A stretch of 63,665 nucleotides of DNA from NCBI GenBank assembly GCA_030744875.1, contig JASLPR010000036.1, forward strand, positions 1 through 63,665, written 5' to 3'. Positions 31,883 to 41,478 of this stretch are shown here, piece after piece. A model generated the notes under the pieces. It ran no database searches, was not told the origin of the DNA, and was given only the letters and a program-made list of their open reading frames with translations. How positions within the stretch are numbered: the first letter of the stretch is position 1; each line of letters starts with the position of its first letter. The translations under genes were made by a program, and so were the position numbers. The DNA comes from Chloroflexota bacterium (GTDB lineage: Bacteria > Chloroflexota > UBA11872 > VXNJ01).

Positions 31883-33219
31883 CGTGCAGGGCCTTCGCTG
31901 AAGGCGATCATCAGGTCGTTCACGTTGGTCCCGGTCGGCCCGGTGATGAGCAGGTCGCCGCTGACTTTGAGGAAACCATATGAGTCATTGTCTTCCAGCA
32001 TCGCCCGCGCGTCCAACCCGGCCGCCTGGCCGCGGGCGATGGAACCGCCATCGACCAGCGCCCCGGCGGCGGCGGTGGGCCCGTCGGTACCGTCGGTGCC
32101 GGCGGCGAGGATGCCGATTCCGGCCACCCCCTGAATGTCGAGGGCGGCGGCCAGGGCGATCTCCTGACAGCGCCCGCCGCGCCCGTCGCCACGGACCGTG
32201 ACCGTGGTTTCGCCGCCGTAGATGGTCATCTGTGGCGGGGCGCCGGCGGCCAGAGCGTGCGCGGCGGCGGCCAGCACGCCGGCAAACTCGCAGGCCTCGC
32301 CTTCGATGTGGAGAGATTCGGTGCGTACCGCGAAGCCTGCCTCGGTGGCGGCGCGCTCGGCGGCGGTGGCGGCGACCGCCAGGTCGGCGACGATGACGTG
32401 GCGCACCCGCGTGAACGCCGCGTCGCCGGGACCTGGAGTTTCGGGGATGTCCCCGCGCTCGCCGGCGCGGAGGCGGTCGACGACGGATGGTGGAGCGGCG
32501 TCGAGGAGATCGAATTCGGCGAGGACGGCCAGGGCCGTGGCGAATGTGGAGGGATCGGGGGCGAAGGGGCCGGAGGCGATGACGTCGAGGGGATTGCCGA
32601 GGACGTCGGAGACAGCCAGGACCAGCACGGTGGCGGGGCGGGCGGCGAAGGCGAGGCGGCCACCAAGAACCAGGGAGAGGTGCTTGCGGACGGCATTTAG
32701 CTGGTTAATGGTGGCGCCGGCGCGGAGCAGTCGATCAGTGGTCTCGCCGAGGTCCGCCAGGCTGATCCCGTCCGCCGGCGCGGGCAGGAGCGCGGAGCCA
32801 CCGCCGGAAAGGGCCGCGATGACCAGGTCGCGCGCGCCGGCGGCTTCGAGTCGAGCATGGAGGCGGGTGGCGGCGAACTCGCCGCGCGAGTCGGGGACCG
32901 GGTGAGCGCATTCGACGACCTCGACGCGGCGGGTGGCTTCGCGGTGGCCGTCTTTGACGACGACGAACCCGCCGCTGACGCGATCGCCGAGCGCGGCTTC
33001 AACCGCGCCGGCCATGCGCGCCGAGGCCTTGCCGGCGCCGACGACGGTGATGTTGTCGAATTCGGCCAGTCGGTAGTGGTGGTCACCGGCAGTGAGAGTG
33101 TCGCCTTCAACCCGCAGCAGTCGGCGGATCGCCGGGGCCGGGTCGGCGGCGGCGACGGCGGCCTCGAGCACCCGACCGAGGCGGGCGCGGGTCTCCGGGG
33201 TGATCGAACCCGACGCCAC
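31879..33219 (-). CDS. glycerate 2-kinase / hydroxypyruvate reductase-like (DUF4147 + MOFRL)
   Basis: MOFRL C-terminal signature GGETTVTVRGDGRGGRCQE...AGTDGTDGPT...TGPTGTNVNDL. Confidence 0.88.
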   Translation of the reverse strand: MASGSITPETRARLGRVLEAAVAAADPAPAIRRLLRVEGDTLTAGDHHYRLAEFDNITVVGAGKASARMAGAVEAALGDRVSGGFVVVKDGHREATRRVEVVECAHPVPDSRGEFAATRLHARLEAAGARDLVIAALSGGGSALLPAPADGISLADLGETTDRLLRAGATINQLNAVRKHLSLVLGGRLAFAARPATVLVLAVSDVLGNPLDVIASGPFAPDPSTFATALAVLAEFDLLDAAPPSVVDRLRAGERGDIPETPGPGDAAFTRVRHVIVADLAVAATAAERAATEAGFAVRTESLHIEGEACEFAGVLAAAAHALAAGAPPQMTIYGGETTVTVRGDGRGGRCQEIALAAALDIQGVAGIGILAAGTDGTDGPTAAAGALVDGGSIARGQAAGLDARAMLEDNDSYGFLKVSGDLLITGPTGTNVNDLMIAFSEGPAR

Positions 33220-33223
33220 CGCG

Positions 33224-34078
33224 CTACAAACGGCCGGTACTGGCGGGCTCGATCAGGGCCGCGCGAATCTCCGCCGCGAATTCGACCTCGGAGTCGTCCC
33301 GGGGCGCGTAGCCGATGACCTTGCGCGCGTTCTCCAGCGACCAGAACGCGCGGGTGTTGTCGGAAACTCCATAGAAGGCCTGGAAGGGGATGCCGCGCTC
33401 GTTGCGTATGTCGTCGGTCTCCAGCGATTTCACGCAGATCTGGCCCAAGTCGCGGAGGCTGATGTAGGCGCCGAGGTTGCGCTTATAGCCGACCCGGTCG
33501 TCGGGGGCAAAGTCGGCCCAGCGGATCGGCCGCGGCGCCCCGATGCGCAACTGGACGTTCTCAACCGCGGAGCCCTGCGAGCCGGTGGCGTAGAGGAAGC
33601 CCATCAACTCGTAGGCAGCCTTGGCCCAGCCGTACCAGTTGTCGGAAAGCCGCGGCGCCTCCGGTCCGAGCGTCTCCAGCTCGCGGGCCCGGATCTGGTG
33701 TTCGTACCAGTCGGCGGCGTGATTGGAACTGGCCACCACCACCCGCCGGATTCCTTCTTCCATGGCCAGCTGGTAGACATGCTGGGCCATGTCCAGGTTC
33801 ACCCGTTCCTGCTCGTAGCTGCGGTGTTTGAAGCCGCCGGACTGGCCCTTGTTGTAAGCGAGGTGGACGACCGCGTCAGCACCGCGAAAGTGCTCGCGAT
33901 AGGTGTCGAGATCGGGATCGTCCAGCTGGACGATGTTGATCCCGGGCACGACAGTGCCGTCGCGGTCGCGGTCCTGCACGTCGAGCAGGCGCAATTCGTA
34001 GCGCTCGGCGAGAACCGGCAGCAACTGCGCGGCGATGTAACCGGCCGCGCCGGTGACGACGACGGTGTCCATCTTCAT
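33224..34078 (-). CDS. NAD-dependent epimerase/dehydratase (SDR family)
   Basis: Rossmann motif VVVTGAAGYIAAQL and catalytic YGWAKAAYE (YxxxK). Confidence 0.88.
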   Translation of the reverse strand: MKMDTVVVTGAAGYIAAQLLPVLAERYELRLLDVQDRDRDGTVVPGINIVQLDDPDLDTYREHFRGADAVVHLAYNKGQSGGFKHRSYEQERVNLDMAQHVYQLAMEEGIRRVVVASSNHAADWYEHQIRARELETLGPEAPRLSDNWYGWAKAAYELMGFLYATGSQGSAVENVQLRIGAPRPIRWADFAPDDRVGYKRNLGAYISLRDLGQICVKSLETDDIRNERGIPFQAFYGVSDNTRAFWSLENARKVIGYAPRDDSEVEFAAEIRAALIEPASTGRL

Positions 34079-34111
34079 GGAGCGCTCCCCAGGTGTCCGA
34101 TTGCGCGCCGC

Positions 34112-35008
34112 CTAGAGGTAGATCGGGTTGGACCAGGCGACCTTGCCGTCCGGCGCGACGCACTCCAGGCGCACCCATTTCTCGCCGCCGCGCAGGTCGA
34201 TTGCCCACTCTGTTTGCGGCTTGCCTTCGGCCAGCGCCACCTGCCCGGTGTGCCGCCAGGACATGAAGCGCACCGCGGTGGCCGGCGATGTGCGGGCGGT
34301 CACCCGCTTGTCTTCGACTTGAAAATCGTGGATCTCGGGGCCCTGGCTGCCGTAGAACGCCCCGGTCATGATCGCCTCGCAGATCGCCGCCGACGTCCGC
34401 TCTTCGACTCGCACGTTCACCCAGCCTTTGCCGGCGTCGTCGCCGCGCCAGTGGGTGTCGTCGGAGGCGATGAGCCCGAAGCGGTTGCCAAGCGCCAGCA
34501 ACCCGTCGACCGTCTGGCGAGCGTAGCCCTTGCCGGTCAACAACTGGCAGGTCGCGTTGAAGATTTCCAGGCAGTCGAGCTCGCGGATCGATTCCAGCCA
34601 CGGCGCCTCGAACCCCAGCCAGTGGGGATGGGCCAGGATCGTCACCGCGCCATCGTCTTTGACGTTGTTGATGGCCTCCTGCAAAGAGCGCCCCGGCGGC
34701 AGGGTGTCCAGGTCTTTGAGCCCCAGGGCCACCAGGTGGTACTCGCAGTCGCTGGCTTCGTCCCAGCCGTTCACTTCCATACCCGGCACGCCGATCATGC
34801 CGGCGCGCTCGATCTCGGCGTGGCTGGTGAGGATGCGGTGGTCGGTGATCGACAGGAAGTCGTAGCCGTGCCCGGCGTACCAGTCGGCTACCGCCGCGGG
34901 GGACAACTCGCCGTCGGAGAGATTGGTGTGGCAGTGGGTGTTGCCCTTCAGCCACTCGCCGGGCAGACCGAACGGGTTCACCGCCATTGGTTCTCCAATC
35001 CAAGACAA
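34112..35008 (-). CDS. PHP-domain metal-dependent phosphoesterase
   Basis: GNTHCHTNLSDGE and SITDH motifs are typical of the PHP (polymerase/histidinol phosphatase) fold. Confidence 0.8.
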   Translation of the reverse strand: MSWIGEPMAVNPFGLPGEWLKGNTHCHTNLSDGELSPAAVADWYAGHGYDFLSITDHRILTSHAEIERAGMIGVPGMEVNGWDEASDCEYHLVALGLKDLDTLPPGRSLQEAINNVKDDGAVTILAHPHWLGFEAPWLESIRELDCLEIFNATCQLLTGKGYARQTVDGLLALGNRFGLIASDDTHWRGDDAGKGWVNVRVEERTSAAICEAIMTGAFYGSQGPEIHDFQVEDKRVTARTSPATAVRFMSWRHTGQVALAEGKPQTEWAIDLRGGEKWVRLECVAPDGKVAWSNPIYL

Positions 35009-35050
35009 CCGGCGACGCCCGCCGGTCTGTCGAACTCTACTCTGCTCAAG

Positions 35051-36094
35051 TCAGCGGACCAGGATGGCCGGGCGGTCGATGCCGCGATCGGTGGCGAGCG
35101 CCGGCCAGTCGCCGGTGTCCGTCAGCACTTCCGGCCCGGCGGCAGTGGCCAGGATGGTGTCTTCGCTCTTGACGCCGGCGATGGAAGGGTTCCAGGCGAA
35201 GCACTGGCCGGCGAGGACCGGGTACGGGTGCCCACCGCCGACGAAGTACTCGCGCGACCCGTAGCCGGCCGCCCCACCCTGGTGGTGCAATTTCCATTCG
35301 TCCGGGTGGCCGCGGGCGGCGTACTCGGCCTGGCCGGCGGCGAAGACATCGACGGCGGTCCGGCCGACGGTGGTGGCGGCGATGTAGGCGGCGTCGACTT
35401 CGGCGCAGGCCTGCGCCTTGGCGACCAACTCGGCCGGTAGTTCGCCGAAGTGCACCAGCCGGGTCATGGAACACCACAATCCGTGCCGCACCGAGGAGGT
35501 GACCAGCATGGCGTAGCGTTCCAGTTTCTTTTCGGTCGGCAGCGGATGGCGATGGTCGAAGACCCGCCGGTCGGTGGCCACCAGGGTGACCGGCGACAGC
35601 ACGCCGCGATCGCCGAGCGCGGCGCGGACGTCGGCGGCGATGCGTTCTTCGGTCTGGCCGGGCTCCAGCGAGCGGGCGACCTGTTCCAGTGCGGCGGCGG
35701 TGTCGGCGGCCAGGGCGCGCATGCGGAGGACTTCTTCGGGCACGAGGGCGGCGCGGAGGTCGGCCAGGCCGTCGGCGGGTACCGCGCCGTCAATCGCGAT
35801 GTCGGCGGCCAACACACTTTCGCCGGCCGCTTCGCGGATCCACGCGGGGCCGTTGAAGAACATGTCCGTCCAGTCGATGACCCGGTACTCGACCGGCAGC
35901 CCGGCCAGTTCGTCCTGCTCGAGGCGCGGCATCTCGACGTTGCTGGTGAGGACTTCGACCCGCTCGGCGCTGTAGAGCAGCGTGGCAACGCCGCCGGTGT
36001 CGAAGGTGTTGATGTAGGACCGGCCGCCGGCTGTTGCCCACGCGAACGTGGCGATCGTGCCGATGGCCAGCCGGTCCCAGCCCCGCTCCACCAT
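35051..36094 (-). CDS. M24 family peptidase (creatinase/prolidase-like)
   Basis: Creatinase_N-like N-terminus and a pita-bread C-terminal half (HRHPLP..., HHQGGAAGY..., AWNPSIAGVKSEDTIL). Family-like sequence (RRAEFAAKTARIRSL) continues in frame upstream of the first ATG with no canonical start codon. Confidence 0.8.
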   Translation of the reverse strand: MVERGWDRLAIGTIATFAWATAGGRSYINTFDTGGVATLLYSAERVEVLTSNVEMPRLEQDELAGLPVEYRVIDWTDMFFNGPAWIREAAGESVLAADIAIDGAVPADGLADLRAALVPEEVLRMRALAADTAAALEQVARSLEPGQTEERIAADVRAALGDRGVLSPVTLVATDRRVFDHRHPLPTEKKLERYAMLVTSSVRHGLWCSMTRLVHFGELPAELVAKAQACAEVDAAYIAATTVGRTAVDVFAAGQAEYAARGHPDEWKLHHQGGAAGYGSREYFVGGGHPYPVLAGQCFAWNPSIAGVKSEDTILATAAGPEVLTDTGDWPALATDRGIDRPAILVR

Positions 36095-36144
36095 CAGCGA
36101 ACGGATGCGGGCGGTCTTGGCGGCGAACTCGGCGCGCCGCGCGT

Positions 36145-38547
36145 CTACCCCCGGCGCGATGAAGGAATCTCCCGGCGGGCGGTGAGCACCTGGCGGATCG
36201 ATTGCAGCCGGCGGAGCAGGTGTGACAGCTCGGTGATATTGGACAGATTCAGGTTGACGACCATCTCGGCGATGCCGTCCTTGTCGGTCTCGACGTTGGC
36301 GGAGACGATGCTGTAGCCCTCTTCGGCAACCACCGCCGCCATGTCGCGCAGCAGACCGCCGCGGTCGGTGGCGGTGAGCACGATCTGCACCGGGAAGAGC
36401 CCGGCCTCTTCTTCGCCCCAGGCGACGTCGACCGGCTCCTGGCCGTTGCTCTTCAAGTTTTCGCAGCCGACGGCGTGCACGACGACTTCGCCGCCTTCTC
36501 GCTGGCCGGCGATGTCGCGCTCCGGGGTGGGGTTGCAGCAGGTGGCCAGGCGGGTCGGCAGGCGGGCCGCCGTCTCAACCCGCTGGGTCGTCCAGCTGAC
36601 GTCGATGATGCGCTCGGCCTCGGTGTTGTTGGCGATGTTGGGGCAGTCGGCGCGGTGAACGGTGACACCGCGGCCACGGGTGATGAAGCCGACGATGTCG
36701 TCACCGGGCAGCGGGCCGCAACACGATCCCAGCCGGGTGTGCAGATCGCCGGTGCCGGAAACGTTGACCCCGGTGGTGATGGCGGCGGGACGGGGATGGA
36801 CGATTTCGCCAGCGTCGCCAGCCGGCAGGAAGGTGGGCTCGGCGGCTTCGATGCCGAGCCGGTTGACGACCTGGGTAGGGGTGACGGCACCGTAGCCGAT
36901 GGCGGCAAGGAGTCCGGAGAGGTTGGAAAAGGACAGGCGCTCGATGACTCTCTGAAGATCGCGGTCCGGGATCTGGCCGATACCTTCGTGGCCGATGCGG
37001 TGCAATTCTTCGTTGAGCAGGCCACGGCCGAATTCCTCGTTCTCGGCCCTTTCCTGCCGCTTGAACCACTGGCGCACCTTGTCGCGGGCATAGCCGGTTT
37101 GGACGATGGTGAGCCAGTCGCGGCTCGGCCCGTGACCGGCCCGGCTGGTCAGTATTTCCACGGTGTCGCCACTTTCGAGTTCGCGTTTCAGCGGCACCAG
37201 TCGCCCGTTCACCTTGGCCCCGATGCAGCCATGACCGACCTCGGTGTGGATCCGGTACGCGAAATCCAGCGGGGTCGCGCCACGCGGTAGATCCAGCACG
37301 TCGCCCCGCGGCGTGAAGACCAGCACCTGATCGCCGAAGATGTCGGCCTTGAGGATGTCCACGAACGGCGCGGCGGTTTCGAGGTCTTCCTGCCACTCAA
37401 GCACCTGGCGAACCCAGGCGAGCTTGTTGACGAAGTCCTCCTGGCCCAGGTGGCCCTCTTTGTAGCGCCAGTGGGCGGCCACCCCGAACTCGGCTTCGCG
37501 GTGCATCTCTTCGGTGCGTATCTGCACCTCGAATGCGCGACCGCCGGGGCCGACCATGGCGGTGTGCAGGGACTGGTAGTGGTTGGCTTTGGGGGAAGAA
37601 ATGTAGTCGTCAAACTGCCCCGAAACCGCCCGCCAGCTGGAGTGGACGACGGCCAGCGCGCGGTAGCAGTCGTCGACCGAGCGCACCACCAGGCGGACCG
37701 CCAGCAGGTCGTAGATCTCTTCCAGCTCGACCTGGGCCACGCGCATCTTGCGGTCGATACTGTAGAGGTGCTTGGCGCGCCCGGAGACCTCGGCGTCGAG
37801 GCCGGCCTCTTCAAGCTTCGTGCGCAGCTCCGCCATGACCTCGTTGACGAGCTGCTCGCGCTCGACCCGCCGGGAATCGATGATGTTGGCCAGCTCGCGG
37901 TAGCGATTCGGATTGAGCTCGCGGAAGGAGCCGTCCTCGAGCTGCCATTTCCAGTGGAAGATGCCCAGCCGCCCGGCCAGGGGGGCGTAGATCTCGAGGG
38001 TCTCTTCGCAGAACCGGCGGAGCTTCTCGTCGGGCAGGGCGCTGACCGTGCGGATGTTGTGCAGGCGGTCGGCGAGCTTGACCAGCACCACCCGGATGTC
38101 GCGGGCCATGGCCAGGAACATCTTGCGCAGCGACTGGGCCTGCTCTTCCTCCAGGTTTGTGATCTCGAGCATGCCGAGCTTGGTGACCCCGTCGACCAGG
38201 TCGGCGACCTCGTGGCCGAAGCGGTCCTGGATACTTTCGAGATCGGTGTCGGCGTCTTCGATGGTGTCGTGCAGCAGCGCCGCCGCAATGGCGGCTTCGT
38301 CAAGGCGCAGGTCGGTGAGCAGGATGGCGACGGCGAGGGGGTGGTTCACGTAGTCCTCGCCGGAAAGCCGCTGCTGGCCGGCGTGGGCTTCGGTGGCGAA
38401 GGCATAGGCGTCGGAGATCAACTGCAACGCCCCGGCGCGGCGCGGGCCCAGAATGTATTCGCCGGCCGCCTCCAGCAAGTCGTCCAGCGTGCCCGGGACG
38501 TCGACGACCACCCGGGTGTGCTCAACCGCGTGGATCTGTACGCTCAC
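36145..38547 (-). CDS. relA: bifunctional (p)ppGpp synthetase/hydrolase RelA/SpoT (Rel) with duplicated zinc-finger (ZFD/CC) module
   Basis: HD hydrolase domain (HDTIEDAD), synthetase domain (YSIDRKM, HYQSLHT, EVQIRT), TGS domain (VFTPRGDVLDLPRGATPLDFAY), two consecutive CC..H..C modules, and a C-terminal ACT/RRM domain. Confidence 0.95.
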   Translation of the reverse strand: MSVQIHAVEHTRVVVDVPGTLDDLLEAAGEYILGPRRAGALQLISDAYAFATEAHAGQQRLSGEDYVNHPLAVAILLTDLRLDEAAIAAALLHDTIEDADTDLESIQDRFGHEVADLVDGVTKLGMLEITNLEEEQAQSLRKMFLAMARDIRVVLVKLADRLHNIRTVSALPDEKLRRFCEETLEIYAPLAGRLGIFHWKWQLEDGSFRELNPNRYRELANIIDSRRVEREQLVNEVMAELRTKLEEAGLDAEVSGRAKHLYSIDRKMRVAQVELEEIYDLLAVRLVVRSVDDCYRALAVVHSSWRAVSGQFDDYISSPKANHYQSLHTAMVGPGGRAFEVQIRTEEMHREAEFGVAAHWRYKEGHLGQEDFVNKLAWVRQVLEWQEDLETAAPFVDILKADIFGDQVLVFTPRGDVLDLPRGATPLDFAYRIHTEVGHGCIGAKVNGRLVPLKRELESGDTVEILTSRAGHGPSRDWLTIVQTGYARDKVRQWFKRQERAENEEFGRGLLNEELHRIGHEGIGQIPDRDLQRVIERLSFSNLSGLLAAIGYGAVTPTQVVNRLGIEAAEPTFLPAGDAGEIVHPRPAAITTGVNVSGTGDLHTRLGSCCGPLPGDDIVGFITRGRGVTVHRADCPNIANNTEAERIIDVSWTTQRVETAARLPTRLATCCNPTPERDIAGQREGGEVVVHAVGCENLKSNGQEPVDVAWGEEEAGLFPVQIVLTATDRGGLLRDMAAVVAEEGYSIVSANVETDKDGIAEMVVNLNLSNITELSHLLRRLQSIRQVLTARREIPSSRRG

Positions 38548-38574
38548 TGGCCCGCTCCCGACTGCTGGAAACTC

Positions 38575-40278
38575 TTACCCGGCCGCTCGAACATCCTCTA
38601 TAAGCATATCGAGCCTTGTTTGTCCCTGATAGGTAGATTTTGCCAGCCGGAAGGCGATGTCGTAGTCGTGGCCGGGCGTAAGCGCCCCGACATGGGCCCC
38701 GCCGCCGAACCAGATTGCCGACAGATCGGGGGGCAACCCGGCGAAGACCGGGCGCAGGTGGGAGTGGTCGCCGCCGACGGTGCGACGCTCGGCCAGGCGC
38801 AGGCCGCTGATCGCGAAGAGCGGCGCCGGGAAGCCCTGCCCGTAGGGTTCGAGGTCCTGCACGAGTTGCAGGGTGTCCCAACTGATGCTCTCCGGGCGAA
38901 TCCGGCAGTCGGCTTCGATGACGGGTTTGGCCGAAGGGGCGCCGGCCTTTGTCCACAACTCCCGGAGCGCGGCAGCGAATTCGTCGAGCCGCCAGCCGGC
39001 GAGAGTGAATCCGCCGGCCCGGGGATGCCCGCCGTGGCGGTCGAGGATGTGGGCGCAGGCGCTGAGCGCCGCGACGACGCTGAAGCCCTCGGGCGAGCGC
39101 GCGGAGCCCTGGGCGACGCCGTCGCGCACGGAGGCGACGAAGGCCGGCCGGCCGTTGGCTTCGGCCAGCCGCCCGGCCACCAGGCCGATGACCCCCGGGT
39201 GCCAGTCGTCGCCGTAGGCGAAGACCGGGCCGTTGGCGGTGGCGAACTCCCGCGCCGCCGCCAGCACATTCCTGGTGGCCTGCTGGCGCTTCCGGTTCAG
39301 TTCTTCCAGTTCCAGCGCCAGGCGGTCGTTGGCGACGGGGTCGTCGCCGGTCAGAAGGCGGTAGGCGATGCGCGCGTCGTCCATGCGACCGGCGGCGTTG
39401 ACCCGCGGGCCGAGCCGGTAGCCGAGGTCGGTAGAGGTGATCTCGCCGGCGTTGAGCCGGGCGGCGTTGATGAGCGCCTTCATTGCCGGGCGCGATCCCG
39501 CGTTCATCCGCCTGAGACCTTCGAGGACGAACATGCGGTTCTCGTCGCGCAACGGGACGACGTCGGCGACGGTGCCGAGGGCGACCAGGTCGAGGAGGCT
39601 CTCGGCCTCGATGGCGTCGGGCGATTCGGCTTCCAGCAGCACGGCCTCGGCGAGCTTGTAGGCGACGCCGACGCCGGCCAGGTCGGGAAAGGGATAGCCC
39701 TCGCCGGGGTTGTGGGGGTTGAGGGCGATGGCAGCCACCGGGAGCTCGGTGATGACCGTGTGATGGTCGGTGACGATGACGTCCATCCCGGCCGCCAGCG
39801 CGGCCTCGACCTCGGCAACGGCGTTGGCGCCGCAGTCGGTGGAGATCAAGAGGTTGACGCCTTCGGCGGCAATGCCCGCGATGGCCGCCTGGTTGAGCCC
39901 GTAGCCCTCGCGGCGGCGATCCGGGAAATAGGCGATCGGGTTGAGCCCCAGCGATCGCAGCATCAATGTCAGCACGGAGCAGCTGGTGACGCCGTCGGCG
40001 TCGTAATCGGAATAGATGCAGACCCGCTCGCCACCGGCGACGGCCCGCAGCAACCGCCCGGCCGCCGCCTCCATGCCGTCCATCAGGAAGGGGTCGTGCG
40101 GCGGCATGCCGCCGGCGACGAACTCACCGATGGCCTCGGCGCCGCGCAGGCCGCGGTTGTGCAGCAGTTGGACGGCCAGCGGGGGCAGGTCGGTGACGGC
40201 GCCGAGGTCTTCGGGCGACAGCCGTGGCGCGATTCGCCAGCGGCGGCCGCTGAGGCTCAATCGTTCCGTGTCGTTCAA
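38575..40278 (-). CDS. recJ: single-stranded-DNA-specific exonuclease RecJ
   Basis: DHH motifs YSDYDADGVTS, LISTDCG and IVTDHH, plus the DHHA1 motif GGHPRAGG. Confidence 0.93.
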   Translation of the reverse strand: MNDTERLSLSGRRWRIAPRLSPEDLGAVTDLPPLAVQLLHNRGLRGAEAIGEFVAGGMPPHDPFLMDGMEAAAGRLLRAVAGGERVCIYSDYDADGVTSCSVLTLMLRSLGLNPIAYFPDRRREGYGLNQAAIAGIAAEGVNLLISTDCGANAVAEVEAALAAGMDVIVTDHHTVITELPVAAIALNPHNPGEGYPFPDLAGVGVAYKLAEAVLLEAESPDAIEAESLLDLVALGTVADVVPLRDENRMFVLEGLRRMNAGSRPAMKALINAARLNAGEITSTDLGYRLGPRVNAAGRMDDARIAYRLLTGDDPVANDRLALELEELNRKRQQATRNVLAAAREFATANGPVFAYGDDWHPGVIGLVAGRLAEANGRPAFVASVRDGVAQGSARSPEGFSVVAALSACAHILDRHGGHPRAGGFTLAGWRLDEFAAALRELWTKAGAPSAKPVIEADCRIRPESISWDTLQLVQDLEPYGQGFPAPLFAISGLRLAERRTVGGDHSHLRPVFAGLPPDLSAIWFGGGAHVGALTPGHDYDIAFRLAKSTYQGQTRLDMLIEDVRAAG

Positions 40279-40367
40279 TCGCCCGCCGTCCTTCCTCTAG
40301 TATGCCGGGGATTCTAGCTTCGCCACGCCGACAAGATGTGCCGGGCGCGAGGAACGGAGACTGTGTT

Positions 40368-41435
40368 ATGAGCCGACGACTGCTGGTGATCCCGGCCCTG
40401 CTGGCCGTTGTGATCGGTATCTGGGCCGGGCTGGTGCGGGTGGGCTGGGACTGGCCAATGCCGCGCGGCGGTTGGCTGCCGGACCACGGGCCGTTGCTGG
40501 TGTCCGGCTTCCTGGGCACCGTGATCGGCATGGAACGGGCGGTGGCCTTGGAACGCCGCGCGGCCTTCATCGCGCCGCTGCTGGGGGCCGTGGGGATCCT
40601 GACCCTAGTGCTGGGCGCGCCGTCGCCGACCGCGCCGCTGTTGATGATCGGCGCCGCCATCGGGATGACCGTCGTAAACGTGCTGGGGCCGCTGAGCCGC
40701 GGGCGCTTTGCCGACCACGCCCTGGTGGTAATAGCCGGTTCGCTACTGTGGCTGGCCGGCAACGTGCTGTGGGCGTTTGGTTTCGCCGACTACCAGCTAA
40801 CGCTTTTCTGGATCGGCTTCGTGGCCCTGACGATCGGCGGCGAGCGGCTGGAACTGTCGCAGTTCAGCCGGCCCGGCCCGCGGGCGCGGGCGCTGTTCTG
40901 GATCTTCGCGGCGCTGCTGCCACTGGGCGCCGGGCTGAGCGCGGGCGGCGTCTGGAGCGGCCAGCGGATTCTCGGCGCCGGGTTGGTGATGCTGACCCTG
41001 TGGCTGGCGCGCTACGACTTCGCCCGGCGCATCGGCGGCAAGGCCGGCCTGTCGCGCTACATGGCCCTCACCCTGACCTCGGCCTATGTCTGGATGCTGG
41101 TGGCCGGGGCGAGCTGGCTGTACCACGGCCGCCTGGTGGCCGGGCCGACCTACGATGGCGCCGTGCATTCGTTCTTCCTGGGCTTCGTAATCGTGATGAT
41201 CTTCGCCCACGCGCCGGTGATCTTCGCGGCCCTGGCCGGGGTCAGCGAGGCCTTCCACCCGATGCTCTACGCGCCGGTGGCGCTGATGCACGGCTCGCTG
41301 GCGGCGCGCTTCCTGGGCGATCTGTTCGCCGAGCCGGGCCTGCGCCAGTGGGGGGCGTTGCTCAACGCCGTAGCGCTGGTGGTCTTCCTGGTGATGATGG
41401 TGCGCCTAGTGCGGCGCGCGCGACCGCTGGCCTAG
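40368..41435 (+). CDS. polytopic integral membrane protein with conserved His motifs, function unknown
   Basis: About 9-10 TM helices. Motifs HGPLLVSGFLGTVIGMERA and HSFFLGFVIVMIFAHAP. ATG at 40368. Any NnrS-like relationship is speculative. Confidence 0.6.
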   Translation: MSRRLLVIPALLAVVIGIWAGLVRVGWDWPMPRGGWLPDHGPLLVSGFLGTVIGMERAVALERRAAFIAPLLGAVGILTLVLGAPSPTAPLLMIGAAIGMTVVNVLGPLSRGRFADHALVVIAGSLLWLAGNVLWAFGFADYQLTLFWIGFVALTIGGERLELSQFSRPGPRARALFWIFAALLPLGAGLSAGGVWSGQRILGAGLVMLTLWLARYDFARRIGGKAGLSRYMALTLTSAYVWMLVAGASWLYHGRLVAGPTYDGAVHSFFLGFVIVMIFAHAPVIFAALAGVSEAFHPMLYAPVALMHGSLAARFLGDLFAEPGLRQWGALLNAVALVVFLVMMVRLVRRARPLA

Positions 41436-41478
41436 AGTCCCGCATCCGCGACCGCCGCGACCAACTTTTCGGCCCGGG

